DNA of 64,000 nt. Source: Camelus ferus (taxonomy: Eukaryota). The stretch covers positions 18,106,001-18,170,000 of the forward strand of contig NC_045697.1 in the NCBI RefSeq assembly GCF_009834535.1, written 5' to 3'. Under the pieces are notes generated by a model, which was not told the origin of the DNA, did no database searches, and was given only the letters and a program-made list of their open reading frames with translations. Below are positions 36,594 through 49,734 of the stretch, one piece after another (the stretch's first letter is position 1; each line of letters opens with the position of its first letter). Made by a program: the position numbers and the translations under genes.

Positions 36594-37429
36594 GAGCCGG
36601 GCCCTTACTCACTCTGTTCCACTGCTTCCTGCCTGGTCTTCAAGGAGCCCCCAGGTTTGTGCCTGCACTCAGCTGGGTCACGTTCTACATTCTTACGTAT
36701 CCAGGGCTTGTACAAGTTACTGAATGAAGATCATCTTTGTACTTTCTCTTTTTACAAAACACCTCCTGACAGAGTCCTCTCCGATCTTATATTCCTTCCA
36801 CAGGTGGAAGGACCGTCCCCTCTGGTCTACCCTCACGTTCCTCATTCTGTCAGGGCCTTGGTACCCTCATGTGAGGAGGGGCCCCACAGTCTGACCCCAG
36901 AGATCCCTCACTGGTCTCTCCCTGGTTTCAAAGCCCCTTTGGGGTACACATCTCTCTCCTTTATCACCCTCTGTCCGCGATGCGCCCCCATCCGCAATCA
37001 CTTCATGAAAATGAATGGGTGGGGGGTGGGGGGCAGCACCATGTCTAGAAAGGGGCCAGGAGAGGTCGCCACTTCCATTTGACAGATGTGGAAAGGGCAG
37101 TTGTGGTGAGACGGGTTAGAGGGGTTGAACCTGACCAGAGGGAGGAGAAGACACAGAGAAAACCAAACGCAGGGGTAGGATTTGGAGGAAGGCCCCGAGC
37201 CCAGCAGCACAGCTCTTGGGAGCCTCATGGGGCCTGCGGCCCATTCATGCCAGCAGAGCCTTGCAGGGGGAGGCGGGCCTGGGGCTTGGCGGGGAAAGGC
37301 CTCATGGCTCCGGGGCCAGGGTTCTAAGAGAGGGGCTGAGCCTGGGTCTGGGGCAGGAGATGCAGGGATGAAGGTCAGATGAACTAGCCCATCCGGCTCC
37401 ACCCCATGCAGGCCCAGAACACAAGGGTC

Positions 37430-37600
37430 TCTCCTCTGAAGCATCAGAATCCCCTGGGGTGCTTGTTAAATTAAGATTCCTGGCTTCTTATCTCTAAGGA
37501 TTGGGATTCAATACTTAGGGGGCCAAGACATCTGCATTTTAATGAGAACCCCTGGAGGATCTGAAACAGAGATCCCTGGAACACACTTGGAGAAACACTG
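37430..37600. mobile_element. MER5-type hAT-Charlie MITE
   Basis: gcatcagaatcccctggggtgcttgttaaattaagattcctgg...atctgcattttaatg...ttggagaaacactg. Confidence 0.8.
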
Positions 37601-38619
37601 AGCTAGAGCAACTCGGCATAGCTTAGAAAACCTTTAAACCTGTTCCTGGCTACCAGGTCCCCTTGACCCGGGGCTGGGCATCAACTACCATTGGTCACTG
37701 GAAGTCCGCTACCTGCCCAGATGGACAAAGCATGGTGGAGAATGACATGGTATGGAGAAGGGCCCGGGGTGGGGGGCCACGTGTGCCTGAGAAACAGTCC
37801 CTCCCTCCTATCCAGGGAGCAGGCGGGCTTGCAGATCCAAGATGGGGGCTCCGACTCTGATTCTTCCATCACCTCCCTAAGCCTTAATGTCCTGATCTGT
37901 AAAATGGGTCAACATATGGTTTTAGTTTAGAGGGCCTTTGAGAAGATGCCATGGAGAAAGGTATATGGAAGCACTGCACCTGACAAGTTTGACAAGGAGA
38001 AATGGTGGCTTCCAATAGTAACGGCAGATGCTTCAGAGCCCTCATCGTGTGCCAGCCCCGACTTCCCGCTGTGCTTTACATCTATAAATTCATTTTAATC
38101 TTCGCAGCAACCCTGTGAGGCAGCTACTATCATTATCTTTGTTTTGCTGTTCAGGACATAGCACAGAGATGTGAAGCAAGATCACACAGCTAAGACCTAG
38201 GCCGTCTATAGCTGAAGTTTGTATTCCCTACTGGTATGCTATTCTGACTTTGAGGAGAGTCCTTTTCATTTACCTTTTTTCCCTGCCTCTAAACTGTGTT
38301 TTTGAAGCATTTGTAAGCCACTGACCCTTCCTTTCAAATGAAATCTTATAAGGAAATGTAATGCAAAAGCAGGCACGTGTGGAGCAATTTTGGGTGGAAA
38401 GTGGATGCTGCCTGGTCCCCTCCGCTTCCCCTTTCCTCAGCAGTGGAACCTGGATCCCAGAGGGGCTCCACAGGGTGCTGGATGAAAAATGGAACAGCAC
38501 CAGTTCCTGAGGGGTAACTAATTTGAGCTTCGGCTTAAGGAGTTCTTGGAATTTGGGATAAAAACCCGTGATTTCTTTCTGAACTCAAGGCTGGGGCCTT
38601 ATCTATCCACCCTGGTAAT

Positions 38620-38755
38620 GAATACACAGACACACACATTCACACACTATCATATACACACTCACTCATACACACATATACTCTCTCGCCCCCACACAAA
38701 TACCCACTCTCACATGCACATTCACATGTGTTCTCACATGCACCCTTACACACAA
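38620..38755. repeat. Degenerate (CA)n low-complexity tract
   Basis: Direct reading of the sequence. Confidence 0.8.
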
Positions 38756-39938
38756 TCCTGACCTCTGCTTTCCCCCTTTCGTTACCCCCATTCCTGGATT
38801 GCACTGGATTCCAGCTGAGGGAGGGAGGGAGGAACGTCCAGCCTCCTTAGTCCACACCCGCCCCCTTCACAGCAAATCCAGGGCTGGCCCCTGAGCCAAA
38901 CTTGTCAGCATTTATTCCATCTCAAGCCTTTTCATCTCAGGAGCTCTGTAAACAAGTAGCCTCATTAAAGCCCATTTTACAGATGGGGAAACTCTCATCA
39001 TCATAATGACATCCCATGGAGAGTGGCCTTTCATCTGTGGATCACAAAGGACTCTTTCCACATACTTGGAAGTCCCAGAGAGGGATTCACCACTGGTCTT
39101 TCCACTCTGCAGTTCTGGAAAGAGGAGACGGGATGAGCCTGGGGATTAGGCAGTTAGAAATGTGGAGCCATTTCCCAATCCAGGAGCCTGGCTGACAGGG
39201 GAGCCAAGTGTGCACATCAGTAACTGGACCATGAAGCCCCCGGGGAAGGGATGTAGGGATGGAGACACCCTGGACTATTACCTGTAGTAGTAATATTCAC
39301 GAGATCTACTCTGAGTGGGTGCTTCCAAGGTGACAGGTACAGCTCTGGGCAAACATTGTAAATCACAAGGCTGTTTTTCCTGAGGGAGTCAGGGATAATT
39401 TTTAAGCATTTGCCAGCACACTACTGCTTGGAAGACACTGGAACTTTCTCAGCCAGTGAAGTAGTGTGTTTCCCCTGGATCTTAAAGCCAGGAGTAAGAT
39501 TGGTTGAGAAGGGAGGGCTAGAAGGGCTCAGGGGCCATTGCCCAACTGCTGGTTCAGGCCTGGGGTGACCTGTGTGTGATCTATTTTAGGACTTGGCAAT
39601 GGAAAGGAAGGCAGCTGTAGGGCTGTCATAAAGCAACATGGTGACTGAAGGCAGGAAACAGGGACAAGAAAGCACTGTTTGTCTCCACGGTTTTGAGGCA
39701 GTTTCTCCAGGGGCCTGGAAAACAGGTGCATCTGATTGCACTTCAGAAGATTTTTTTAAATGCTGTGACTCAGTCTGGAGTGGGGTCAGATGTCCCCCAA
39801 CCCCCACCTGCAGAAAGATCTTAGTGAACAGCCAGAGCTGAGAATCGCTGTTCACTGTTCTAAACCCTCGCTGCTCAAGTTGTGGTCCACCCCCTGCAGC
39901 ACTGGCATCAGCTGGCACCTTGCTAGAAGTGCAGGTTC

Positions 39939-40452
39939 CCTGCGTATATATCTGAAAGAAGCAAAAACACTAATTCAAAAGGATACGTGCACTTCAATGT
40001 TCATAGCAGCATTATTTAAAACTGCCAAGGCATGGAAGCAACCTAAGTGTCCATCAACAGATAAATGGGTAAGGAAGATGTGGTATATATATGCAATGGA
40101 ATACTACTCAGCCACAAAAAATAATGAAATTTTGCCATTTGCAGCAACATGGATGGACTTAGAGGGTATTATGCTGAGTAAAGTAAGTCAGACAAAGACA
40201 AATACTGCGTGATATCACTTATAGGTGGAATCTAATGAAGAAACAAACTAGTGAATAAAACAAAAAAGAAGCAGACTCACAGAACAAACTAGTGGTTATC
40301 AGTGGAGAGAGCAGAGTGGGGAGGGTCAAGATAGAGACAGGGAGAAAGCAAAAGGGTTATTATGGGATTATAGAAAACATCTGTGTGAAACTTTTGAAAA
40401 TTATAAAGCACTATAGAATTTTAAAAATCTTTCAGTCAATTATGAATAAATA
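39939..40452 (+). mobile_element. L1 3' fragment inserted into a MER5A (arms at about 39862-39938 and 40455-40510)
   Basis: Translation [40 protein letters not shown] matches the L1 ORF2 C-terminal region; MER5A text lies on both sides. Confidence 0.85.
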
Positions 40453-40999
40453 ATTAGTGCATTTTCTCGAGACCTCACCCCCTCAAGGCCCACTGAATCC
40501 GAATTTGTATCGTGCTTTCTCAAACGTTAATCTGCCTGCATATTACCTGGGGATCTTGTTAAAATGCAGTTTCTGATTCTTCCAAATGCAAACTCTGAGA
40601 TCGGCTCCTGAGCCCAGAAGTTTGTCAGCATGATGACAACTGGCTTTTCTAGTGATGTGGGACTTGTCAGGCCCTTTGAGGGACTCCTCGCACTTGGCCC
40701 AACTCTTGCCCTCATGCTTCCCTGCAAAGCAGGCAGACTAGGCACCATCAGCTCCTCTTTGGTGGTTCTTTTTCACAGACTGGAGGCTGAAGCTCAGAGC
40801 TATAGTCAACTCTTGCTCAAGATCCTACACTATTCTTCAGCCAAGTTAGGAGTTGCAACTTCACTTCTGGCATCAGATACCAGACTCCATTGTTTGGGAT
40901 CCCAGGCCTCCTTGCCCTGGTGTTGCAGATGACCAAACTCTGAGAAGGCAGAAGATGGTTAGTGTGTGACTCGTGCAAGGGAAGGAAGGGGTCGTGAGT

Positions 41000-41175
41000 C
41001 GGTGTTTCTCAACTTTGGCTACATAGTGGCATCTTCTAGGGGAGCTTTAAAAAATACCCAAGCCTGTGCCCCAGCCCCAGCAATTCTGATTTAAATGATC
41101 CAGACATGGCTGGTGCTTTGAGATGTTTTTAAAGCCACCGCTGTGATTCTCACAAGCAGCTGAGATTGGAAACCT
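41000..41175. mobile_element. MER5-type MITE
   Basis: cggtgtttctcaactttggctaca...ggggagctttaaaaaatacc...caattctgatttaa. Confidence 0.75.
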
Positions 41176-41378
41176 CTTTCTGTCCCCCAGACCACATGAC
41201 CCAAGTCCGGTACCCTGAGCAGAGACAGCTTCTGACTGCTCAAGCCCCTCCTCCGGGGCCTGGAATCCACTCATTATCCCTGGGTGGCCTAGTGGCGGAG
41301 GGGGCTGCCGGGAAAATACGCCCTTTCAGAATCCCAACCTTCATTCATTTAGGACAACCTTATTTACGGCACCTCATT

Positions 41379-41572
41379 TAGAGTGGCCAGACCCAGCAAG
41401 TGAAAATACAGGATGCCCAGTTAAACTTGAATTTCAGGTCAACGATGAACAACATTTTTAGCATAAGTATGTCCCATGTAATATGTGGGATACACTTACA
41501 CTACAGATTTATTCACTGTTTATCTGAAATTCACATTTAACTGGGTGTCCTGTATTTTGTCCGGCAATCCAG
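41379..41572. mobile_element. MER53 palindromic MITE, full length
   Basis: aaaatacaggatgcccagttaaacttgaatttcag pairs with ctgaaattcacatttaactgggtgtcctgtatttt; centre taagtatgtcccat...gtgggatacactta. Confidence 0.9.
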
Positions 41573-42119
41573 ATTCTTGCTTCCAGCAATGTCCTGCTAA
41601 AATGAGGCCATCTGAGGAGAGGCTGTCTGGGCCTGTTTTGGGCATTCCGTTTTGTCAGATGAGGCTGCTGGGAAGGATTGGTTTTCAAGTTCCTTTATTA
41701 AAACAGCCCCAGAGGGACAGACACAACACCTTCCTTGTCTTCTTGGCTTTGGAGTTGGCTTTCCATGAATGTGTCCCACATGAATCACAAAATTGGTTTC
41801 TCCTCTCCCTGGCACCAGGCCACATACGCCCATGACACGGCCCAGCTAGAAGCTGGGAGCTCAGAGTTTGGACATGGAAAGATTTTTCTTTTCCTGGAAC
41901 CAAGTAACATGAGCTAAAGAGCTATATATAAAATTTGGTGGAAATGTCATAGATAGCACCTTCTAAGAAAGCTGGCTATAGGCGAGCTTTACTTACATCT
42001 GCAGCTGGCAACTCACACCGTAGGCCTATAATGCATGCTGTCTAATAAAAATAATTGCCAAGTGAAGTCAGGATGACAGGAATCTAAACTGCAAGGGTAT
42101 AAATTAGTATAGGTTTCCT

Positions 42120-42830
42120 GCTTATTCATGAATCCATTCAAAAACTATTCCTTGTCCACCTACTATGTGCCGGGCACTGGGCAAAGAAGGCCGCACTCAA
42201 GTTGCTCGCATGCTGTTGGGGGAGACAGGTAGGTGGAGATGATTACAAGTCACCAAGATGAAGGCTTTGAAGAGGGTAAGTACAAGGTGCTATGAGGACC
42301 CTCGGAGGGGACTTGCCCAGAGGTGGGGGCAGGAAAGGCTCTCTAGAGGAAGACCTGAAACAGATGTGAGTTAGTGGGCTGAAGAAGGTGGGAGTGCTCC
42401 AGGCAGAAGGAACAGCCTATGCCAAAGCAGGGGACTGGGAGAGAACATGGCACATGGTGGGAAGCGCTGGAGGAGAAGAGACTGGGGGCTGAGCAGGGGC
42501 CAAAGAAAGTATTAGTCTAAAGCCTGGAGTTTGGAGCAAAGGAAAGAAATGGAAGGGTATTTAAGCAGGAGAAGGGTAAGAGCAAACTTGCCCTATCTAG
42601 GCTGGATGGAGTGGGGCAAGCCTGGAGTCAGGGGGACCAAGTGGAAGGCTGGTATAGGCCCCCATAGGAAAGATGATGGTGGACCTGCTCAGGTTGGAGG
42701 TCAAAGGGGTGGAGAGAAATGGGGTTGCTATAGTGGAGATCTCATAGGCCATGAGGCATGATGAGGGAGGGGCAGTGTCTTGTGTGGCTCCTAGGATAGG
42801 AGATGCTTCTGGCAGTGTAACTACCCAGAT
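42120..42830 (-). mobile_element. L2 fragment
   Basis: attcatgaatccattcaaaaactattccttgtccacctactatgtgccgggcactg...ccaggcagaaggaacagcctatgccaaag. Confidence 0.75.
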
Positions 42831-42941
42831 AGATGGCGCATCTCCAGATCCAACCTGGTACCTAAGCTCTAGGCATCAAGACCCAACTGACTTCTTGACC
42901 GTCCTTATAGATACTAACAGACTTTTCCACTTGCATGTGGC

Positions 42942-43497
42942 TGTAAGGGAGGAGAAAGCTTTCCTCTACCTTTTTAGGTTCAGTACCTGGGGCTGAGCAA
43001 ATTAAACTGACACGTAACAGATTAACAGGAGAAAAAGTATAAAAATGTGATCTGTTGTTAATATTTTAATTTTTATGTGTATACAAGAGTCTCACAGAAA
43101 AGGAGGGCAGTTAGACTTGAGAGCTTCTATAGCAGTTTAACAGAGAGTGAAAAGTTGGTGGAGAAGTGGTAGGACAAAGGAAAAGGGTTGGGGCTTCTAG
43201 GGGTGGTAGCTTGCGTGAAGGCAAATGTACGGGGGACACAAAAGGAAGGTACGTGTTCGTCTAGTGAGGTCGCTTAGCGCAGATTCAGGCCGTGCCGTCT
43301 GACTCTCATTGAGGCACCGCTTCTTCCTAGTCTGGAAGGAAGTGGAAGCATCTTCACAAAGGGAAATGGATGCCCAAACTTGTAGACAGAAAGGGGGAGC
43401 AAAAAGAGCTTTTCCTGCATCTGCTGCTTCTCAGCTGCCTTCAGCTCAAAATAATCCTCACGCCAAAGTGGTGTATTTGGGTGGCATGTTCTCCTCA
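42942..43497 (-). mobile_element. MER34/MER39-like ERV1 solo LTR
   Basis: TG...CA termini with 4-bp TSD tggc/cggc (CpG decay); acagattaacaggagaaaa and ccttcagctcaaaataatcctcacgccaaagtgg. Confidence 0.8.
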
Positions 43498-43564
43498 CGG
43501 CCAGGATAAGAAGTCTTGGGCTCATTCCCCTCCCTCCCCTCTGGATCTTTCTCCCCCGTCCTTT

Positions 43565-43669
43565 CTTTTCTTTTCTTTTCTTTTCTTTTCTTTTCTTTTC
43601 TTTTCTTTTCTTTTCTTTTCTTTTCTTTTCTTTTCTTTTCTTTTCTTTTCTTTTCTTTTCTTTTCTTTT
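43565..43669. repeat. Perfect (CTTTT)21 pentanucleotide microsatellite
   Basis: Direct count from the sequence. Confidence 0.95.
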
Positions 43670-44159
43670 TTTTTTCTCTCCTTTAATCTCAATTCTGCAC
43701 CCATCTCTTTGACCTCAGGTGGGTCACACAACCCCTTTGGACCTTAGTTTCAGTAAAATGGAGGCACCATTGAATTTTCTGTTGTTCAACTTCGAGATCT
43801 CTTCCTGTTCTAAAATGTGAAGCTGTGAGACTTCAAGAGCAGAACGCAGTTATGAGGGTGGGCTTTCAAGTCTGACTAGCAGAATTTTCTCCTGGCTCTC
43901 CCATTGGCTCTTTAATCTAGGCCCAGTGATGGCACCTCTGCAAACTTCAGGCCCTGCCGTGAGTATGTATAGAATGGGAATAATAATAATATCTACCTCA
44001 CAGGTTTTGTAAGGAGATAATCTATTTAACATAGTGCCTGGAACATATTAAGCTCTGAATATATGTTAGCTATTAAAATGTAATAATCATAATATATTAA
44101 TCATGGCCGTTATTATTACCTATACACTAGCAGATGTGAGCAGGGAATGAGCATAACAG

Positions 44160-44395
44160 TAACTAACAATTATTGAGCACCTACAATATACCAGGAATGT
44201 TTCTACATTTCACATAATTCATTCTGTACATCTCCTCGAGATGGACAGTATAATTATCTCCATTTTAGTTCAAGGAAGCTGAAGCTCAGAGTGGACAAGC
44301 AACTTGCCCAAGGTCACACCACTAAGAAGTGGCAGAACCTGGCCTTGGAACGCAGGAAGTCTGGCTTTGAGGACCACACTTTTAGTCACTATGTG
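44160..44395 (-). mobile_element. MIR SINE
   Basis: ttattgagcacctac...ccattttag...gctgaagctcagagtggacaagcaacttgcccaaggtcacac. Confidence 0.85.
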
Positions 44396-44548
44396 GTACA
44401 TAGACCAATTAGAATACATTCAGCATCTTACTCCCTCTCTTTGCTTATCCTTTTGCAACACTTCCAGCATTCCTTCATCCAGGGGGAAAAATTGACCTTC
44501 ATTTAGCTTAGGTTATTTTCTCCACCAAGAACTCTGAATAACCTATAC

Positions 44549-44855
44549 CTGTGTTTCTCAGACTGTGTTTCATGGTCCACTACATCTGTAGCAGTAACAT
44601 GTTAATGGAAGTTATGCCCTCAAAGAATTCCATGGCCAAGTGAGTTTGAGAAATGCTAGACTAAGCAAAGTTTCCTTGCTTGGTAAATTGCAGGACTTCT
44701 CAGGGACTTTAAGATACCAGTACACTGCGAATCTCTAGATGGGAAATACAAAGCAGTGTTTTTCAGACACATTTAATTATGGAATCCTTCCCTTTTCTTT
44801 TCACAAAACATCCCAAAGCACTCATATTCCATGGAACACACTTTGGGAAATACTG
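44549..44855. mobile_element. MER103C-like hAT-Charlie MITE
   Basis: ctgtgtttctcagactgtgtttcatgg ... ttccatggaacacactttgggaaatactg form inverted termini; internal tgcaggacttctcag. Confidence 0.75.
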
Positions 44856-44999
44856 ACACAGGCGCTGTTGGTGAAACAGAATACTAGAGAACTGGGGAGA
44901 CTGAAAGGAAACAATGCAATTAAAAATCTCTAGTTTGCAGTAAAAGCCAGAAGTTAAGTATCAGCTCTTAGAGAGCAGGAACCCTATCTAACTTAAAGG

Positions 45000-45270
45000 T
45001 CACAGACAACAGGAAACCAGAACAAGGATTGGGTCTGTCCTTTAGTATTAAAAAAAAAAAAAAAGGCTGGGGGAAATTTTACATAAACATCCGGTATCAG
45101 AGCATTTGATAACACTGGGCTCACATTCCTACATGACAATAATTGTCTACCCTGTTTAATTTGGCAAACGTCCTCCAATTTGCCACAGTCCTCACCACTC
45201 CCTGTTATATTATGATTGGCCCCCTTCCATCGTTTCTGTTACAGGGAGGTGGTTGAGTTTGTGACCCCTG
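45000..45270 (+). mobile_element. MER102-like hAT-Charlie MITE
   Basis: tttgccacagtcctcaccactccctg...ttgagtttgtgacccctg. Confidence 0.7.
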
Positions 45271-46139
45271 GTCCAACTGCATCTTGTAAACCTTATGGAA
45301 GCTAGAATAGGGGTTTATTCTCTATAACTACCATTCAGACATTTATTTTTATAACTAGTTCTTTTTTCTCATTGTAAAGTTACTCATGCTGATTGCAGAA
45401 ACCTCAGAAATACAGAAAAGTATGAAAAATAAAACACCAAGATCCATAGCAACCACAATTCAGAGATAACTACTGCTAACCTTCTGGTATGTTCCTTCTC
45501 ATATTTTTGTTTGAACTTATATGTCTAATTTTTTATCATATTTTGGATCAAACCTTACATATGGTTTTGAATCTTCCTTTATCCAGAGAACATTCTAATA
45601 GTTACCAAGCATGGTTTCTTTTCTTTTGCTAAATTGTAATAGTTGAGTTTCTAAGAAAACTCATTAAAAAAAAAAAATCACTTACAATGGACCAGAGAGG
45701 TTAGCAGCTAGAAAGTTTTAGACTTGCAATAAAAAGGATATTTTTCCTGCCAGAATGGCTATCTTAGAGTTGTTTTTTATAGTCATAAAGGCACAGCTCT
45801 AAAAGTTAAACATTATTGAACAAATCCAACATTACATGGTTCAAAAGTGACTCTAATAAAAAAGAAACTAATGCCAAAGTGCACGTGAAGGGCTTGAATG
45901 CTATTTCACTAAATGTGAGAAGGGAAAAAGCAACTTTTCTAAATTCACACATGAGAATTTTATATAATATACAAATACAAAGCTTAATGTAGCTGATCCA
46001 ATAAATTAAGGTATGCATACACATTTGAATATTATCTACATTCCTAAAAGTTTCTATCTTCAAATTGCTCAAAACCCTTTTTCTTAAAATCAGAGATACT
46101 TTTATTTTGAGGGCATAAATTGCAGCTGTATTTGGCACC

Positions 46140-46440
46140 TTATTTAGAATCTTAGCATCGCATAAGCGAGAGGGCTTAGTGGTCATCCATGTAACTGTGC
46201 CCTGGAAGTAGGAGTCTCCTCTGCAACAGCCAGTGGTTGTCCATCCTCAACACGAATGTGTCTTGTGATGGGCACCCTCTACCTCAGAGGTGCCATTCAG
46301 AGCTTCTTACTAGACAATCCTTCCTCACACTGAAGCTTGCATCTTCTGCTGACTTCTGCTCAGTTGCCCACTTCTGTTTTTCAGGTTGAAGTTGAATTAT
46401 TTTCCCTGTGACAGCCTCTTAAGTATTTCAAGAAAGCTAT
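46140..46440 (-). mobile_element. CR1/L3 LINE fragment
   Basis: ttagaatcttag...gtggttgtccatcctc...gtgatgggcaccctctacctc...gacagcctcttaagtatttcaagaaagcta. Confidence 0.55.
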
Positions 46441-46483
46441 TATTTTGCCAAACAATCTTTTCTAAGTTGACCACTTTTTAAAC

Positions 46484-47140
46484 TTTTATTTTATTTTTTA
46501 ATTGAAGTATAGTTGATTTCCAATATTGTGTTAGTTTCAGGTGTACAGCAAAGTGATTCAGATATATATATATATATATATATATATATTGCACAGTCTT
46601 TTCCATTATAAGTTATTACAAATATTGAATATAGTTCCATGTGCTATGCAGTAGGTCCTTGTTGCTTACCTATTTTATGTATAGTAGTCTGTATCTGTTA
46701 ATCTCATACTCCTAATTTATCTCTCCCTACTACTTTTCCTCTTTGGTAACCATAAGCTTATTTTCTATATCTGTGAATCTTTCTGTTTTGTATATAGATT
46801 CATTTGAATTATTTTTCAGATTCCACATATAAGTGATATTATATAATATTTGTCTTTGTCTGACAGACTTACTTCGCTTATTATGATAATCTCTAGGTTT
46901 ACCCATGTTGCAGCTAATGGCAGTATTTCATTCTTTTTTTATGGCTGAATAATATTCCACACACATATATATATCACATCTTCTTAAACCCATCATCTGT
47001 TAATGGGTACCTGGGTTGTTTCTGCATCTTGGCTATTGTAAATGGAGCTGCTATGAACACTGGGGTACGTGTATCTTTTTGAATTAGAGTTTTTGTCTTT
47101 TCTGGATATGTGCCCAGGAGTGGGACTGCTGGATCACACA
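46484..47140 (-). mobile_element. Young 5'-truncated L1 3' end with internal (TA)n
   Basis: ttttaattgaagtatagttgatt...gtgtacagcaaagtgattcag...cccaggagtgggactgctggatca. Confidence 0.9.
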
Positions 47141-47359
47141 GTTAAGCTAAACGTTTTAAATTTTTTTAAGTTTCTACTATATCATAGTTTTGAGAAGTTT
47201 CTAGAAACTCAAAATGATTTTAAAATTACATAAAATTAAGAAAGGAGGTAAATGAAGATAGCTTTGGATCAGAACAAAAACAAGGCAGGGAAAGGTATTC
47301 TGGTCCCTAGTAGGAATTGTTCATACCATCTTGAATGCTCACAGATGCGCAGTGTGACA

Positions 47360-47880
47360 GAGTGTAGGGCAAGGCTTCCTTGCCTGTAAGTGACATAAGC
47401 AAAGCAAACAGAAACTGTTTGTTTGTTTGTTTGTTTGTTTTGTTTTTTGTTTTTGAAACTGAAAATCCCAAGAATTGATCTTGGTCTTCAGTAAAACTTG
47501 ATCAAGTCACTCAAACAGTATTACTAGAACTTGGTTTCTTTCTACCTCTAAGCAATGCAGTCTGCTGTATGGCCTTTATTCTTGTCAAAAGTTTAGTGAC
47601 TCCCTGCAACTCCAGTCTCACATCCTCCCAAGTTCAAATTGAGCAGAACCCCGTTAGTTCCAACAAAAGTATCATTCCATCTCATTGGCTCTGAACCAAT
47701 GAGCCAATGGTGGAGCCTGGGTCATGGGTGATCTTGTTACCCAGGGCTGAGACATATGTCCACCTCTGAGGCTAGGATGGAGGCCCCACCCAAAATGTAT
47801 GGACTATGGAGGGAGGGACGGTTCCTTAGAAGGAAGTCTGGGTGCTATCTCCCAAAGAAAAGGGACTGGAGGACCAAGTC
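47360..47880 (-). mobile_element. Old MLT1 (J/K-type) LTR with internal (GTTT)n
   Basis: gtaagtgacataagc...aactccagtctcacatcctccca...ctcattggctctgaacc...ggaagtctgggtgct. Confidence 0.55.
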
Positions 47881-48559
47881 AGTCACATCCCTTAGTATTA
47901 CTTTAATATCCCATTTAGAGACGAGGTAACCAGAGTTCAGAGACAGGAAGCTGTTTGTCCAAGGTCATACACATAGAAAGTGGCAGGAAGGGAGAATGCA
48001 AAGCCCGGTTCTTTCCCCCTCTCCCCACAACGGTGTCCAGGGGAAGTTCTGCTGACTGGAACTGAATCATAGCAAATGCATCTCCACTTTTTATGATTCA
48101 GTAACTTTGGGTGACAGAGTAACTAATTTTAAGCCCTGGTGGTAAAAGCTTCTGAATCCTTTCATCTGGAATTTCTGGCAAAGGTGTTGGAATTTCTCCA
48201 CGATTGGTCAGTGAGCTCATTAGCATCTTCCTAGAACCTGGGGCGCATGGCTGCAAGGACTTTAGAAGCCAGTTACCGGCTTCAGCTTGATTTTCATCTC
48301 CTGGTAGCAAGTCTGGTACTGTCTGTCACGGGGCCTTGGCTGTCATGAATAGCCTCTATAGTATGTCTGGGGACACCAGAGTGGACTCTCTGGTGATCCT
48401 TCCCCAGGGGTGAGACTTGCCCAGCCAGGGCCTGTTGTAAGACAGTCTTGGTCATCGTGGGCACTAGTCCTTATTATCACTAGAGCATTTTGCACATTTC
48501 TCTAACCCGTCTGTTCTGAAGACATTTGAAATGCCACCCCCAATAGACCTTAGAAAGTC

Positions 48560-48960
48560 ATACGATGTCCCTTATCAATAGCAGGCTAACCTGTGATAGA
48601 ATCATGCATGAAATACAGTCATATATAGAGTACCATCCAGTCATTAAAAAGAATAAAATGAGGCAACCAAGTATCAGTACTGGCAAATCTCAAAAATGTA
48701 GTGTTGAGCAACAAAAAGAGTTGTGGAAGGACACACACAAAATCATACTATATTTGGTGCAGGGTTACATAAGAAGCAAAAATATGAACACATGCATAGG
48801 CATTTCATGATGGTAGGTCCTTGGGGTAGGAGGAAGGGGCTTCAAATGGTAAAGGGGAAATGGGCCATCATCAATTTTATTTGTAATGTTTTTTCTTAAG
48901 CTGGGTGGTAGATACAAGGATGTTTATCACAATATATTTTATATTTAAAAAATATAATAT
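48560..48960 (+). mobile_element. L1ME-type 3' end
   Basis: cagtcattaaaaagaataaa...aaatctcaaaaatgtagtgttgagc...ttcttaagctgggtggtagataca. Confidence 0.7.
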
Positions 48961-49015
48961 TGGATAATGAGACATGTTACCCTCAGTCATCGTCAGCTTT
49001 CCACCTCTCAGATGC

Positions 49016-49480
49016 TGTATCCATCAGGATTCAGTGTCAGAGGCAGAATCCACTCCAGCTCCCAGGTAGCTTAGGCTGAGGAGACTTAACAGTATTCAGA
49101 GATTTACGCAGGAGACTGAAGGTACCATTCTGAGCTTTCAGGAACAGCTTTGAGAACCACACTGCAGCAGGAGGGGCATTGAGGGCACCACGATCTTTTA
49201 CAATTGGGCTGCTACCAGCTGGATTGGGAAGAAAACCATGGAAAGATGGATTCCGCAGCAATGGCACTCACCAGGAGAAACAGTGGAAGCAGTAGAAGTG
49301 TGGTCTCCCCCTCCCTGCTTCCTTCTGGTGGCTGGACCCCCAGCTGCATCTGCAGATTGTAGTTCTTGACTTTCCAGCCTCTGCAGTGGAGGAAGACATG
49401 TGAGGAGAAGGTAGGAAATGTTGATCTACCGTATTTCTCCCAGGAGCCGCATTGTTCCGTCACATAATCTCTTACTACAC
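49016..49480 (-). mobile_element. Old MLT1-type LTR fragment
   Basis: tgtatccatcaggattcagtgtcagaggcagaatccactccagct start; tgcagattgtagttcttgactttccagcctctgcagtgga. Confidence 0.5.
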
Positions 49481-49734
49481 CACCTGACCCCAGCCCTTAA
49501 CTCTCACCTTCATCCCCATTCTGAACTCCTACCCCCAGCCTCCGTAACAGATCGGGGATGGGCAGTCAGAGGACTTGGTGAAAAGCAAGATGCAATTCAG
49601 TAGGCACTGTTCTAAGATGGCAGGTTTATGCATATAGGACCCAGGCACAGGACAGCAAAGGATGCATTAGACCTGAAAAAGTATCTCGGGTCACGGTGGA
49701 CCACAGTCAGCTGGGTGGTCCCAAGGGGAAGGTG

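Noticed and set aside
36489..37082. Longest ORF in the window (197 aa)
   Set aside because: Starts at a non-ATG codon inside an LTR, has no recognisable domain, and is of a length expected by chance in GC-rich DNA.
43370..43747. KEKKR-repeat and FFSFL-repeat ORFs
   Set aside because: Translation of the (CTTTT)n microsatellite.
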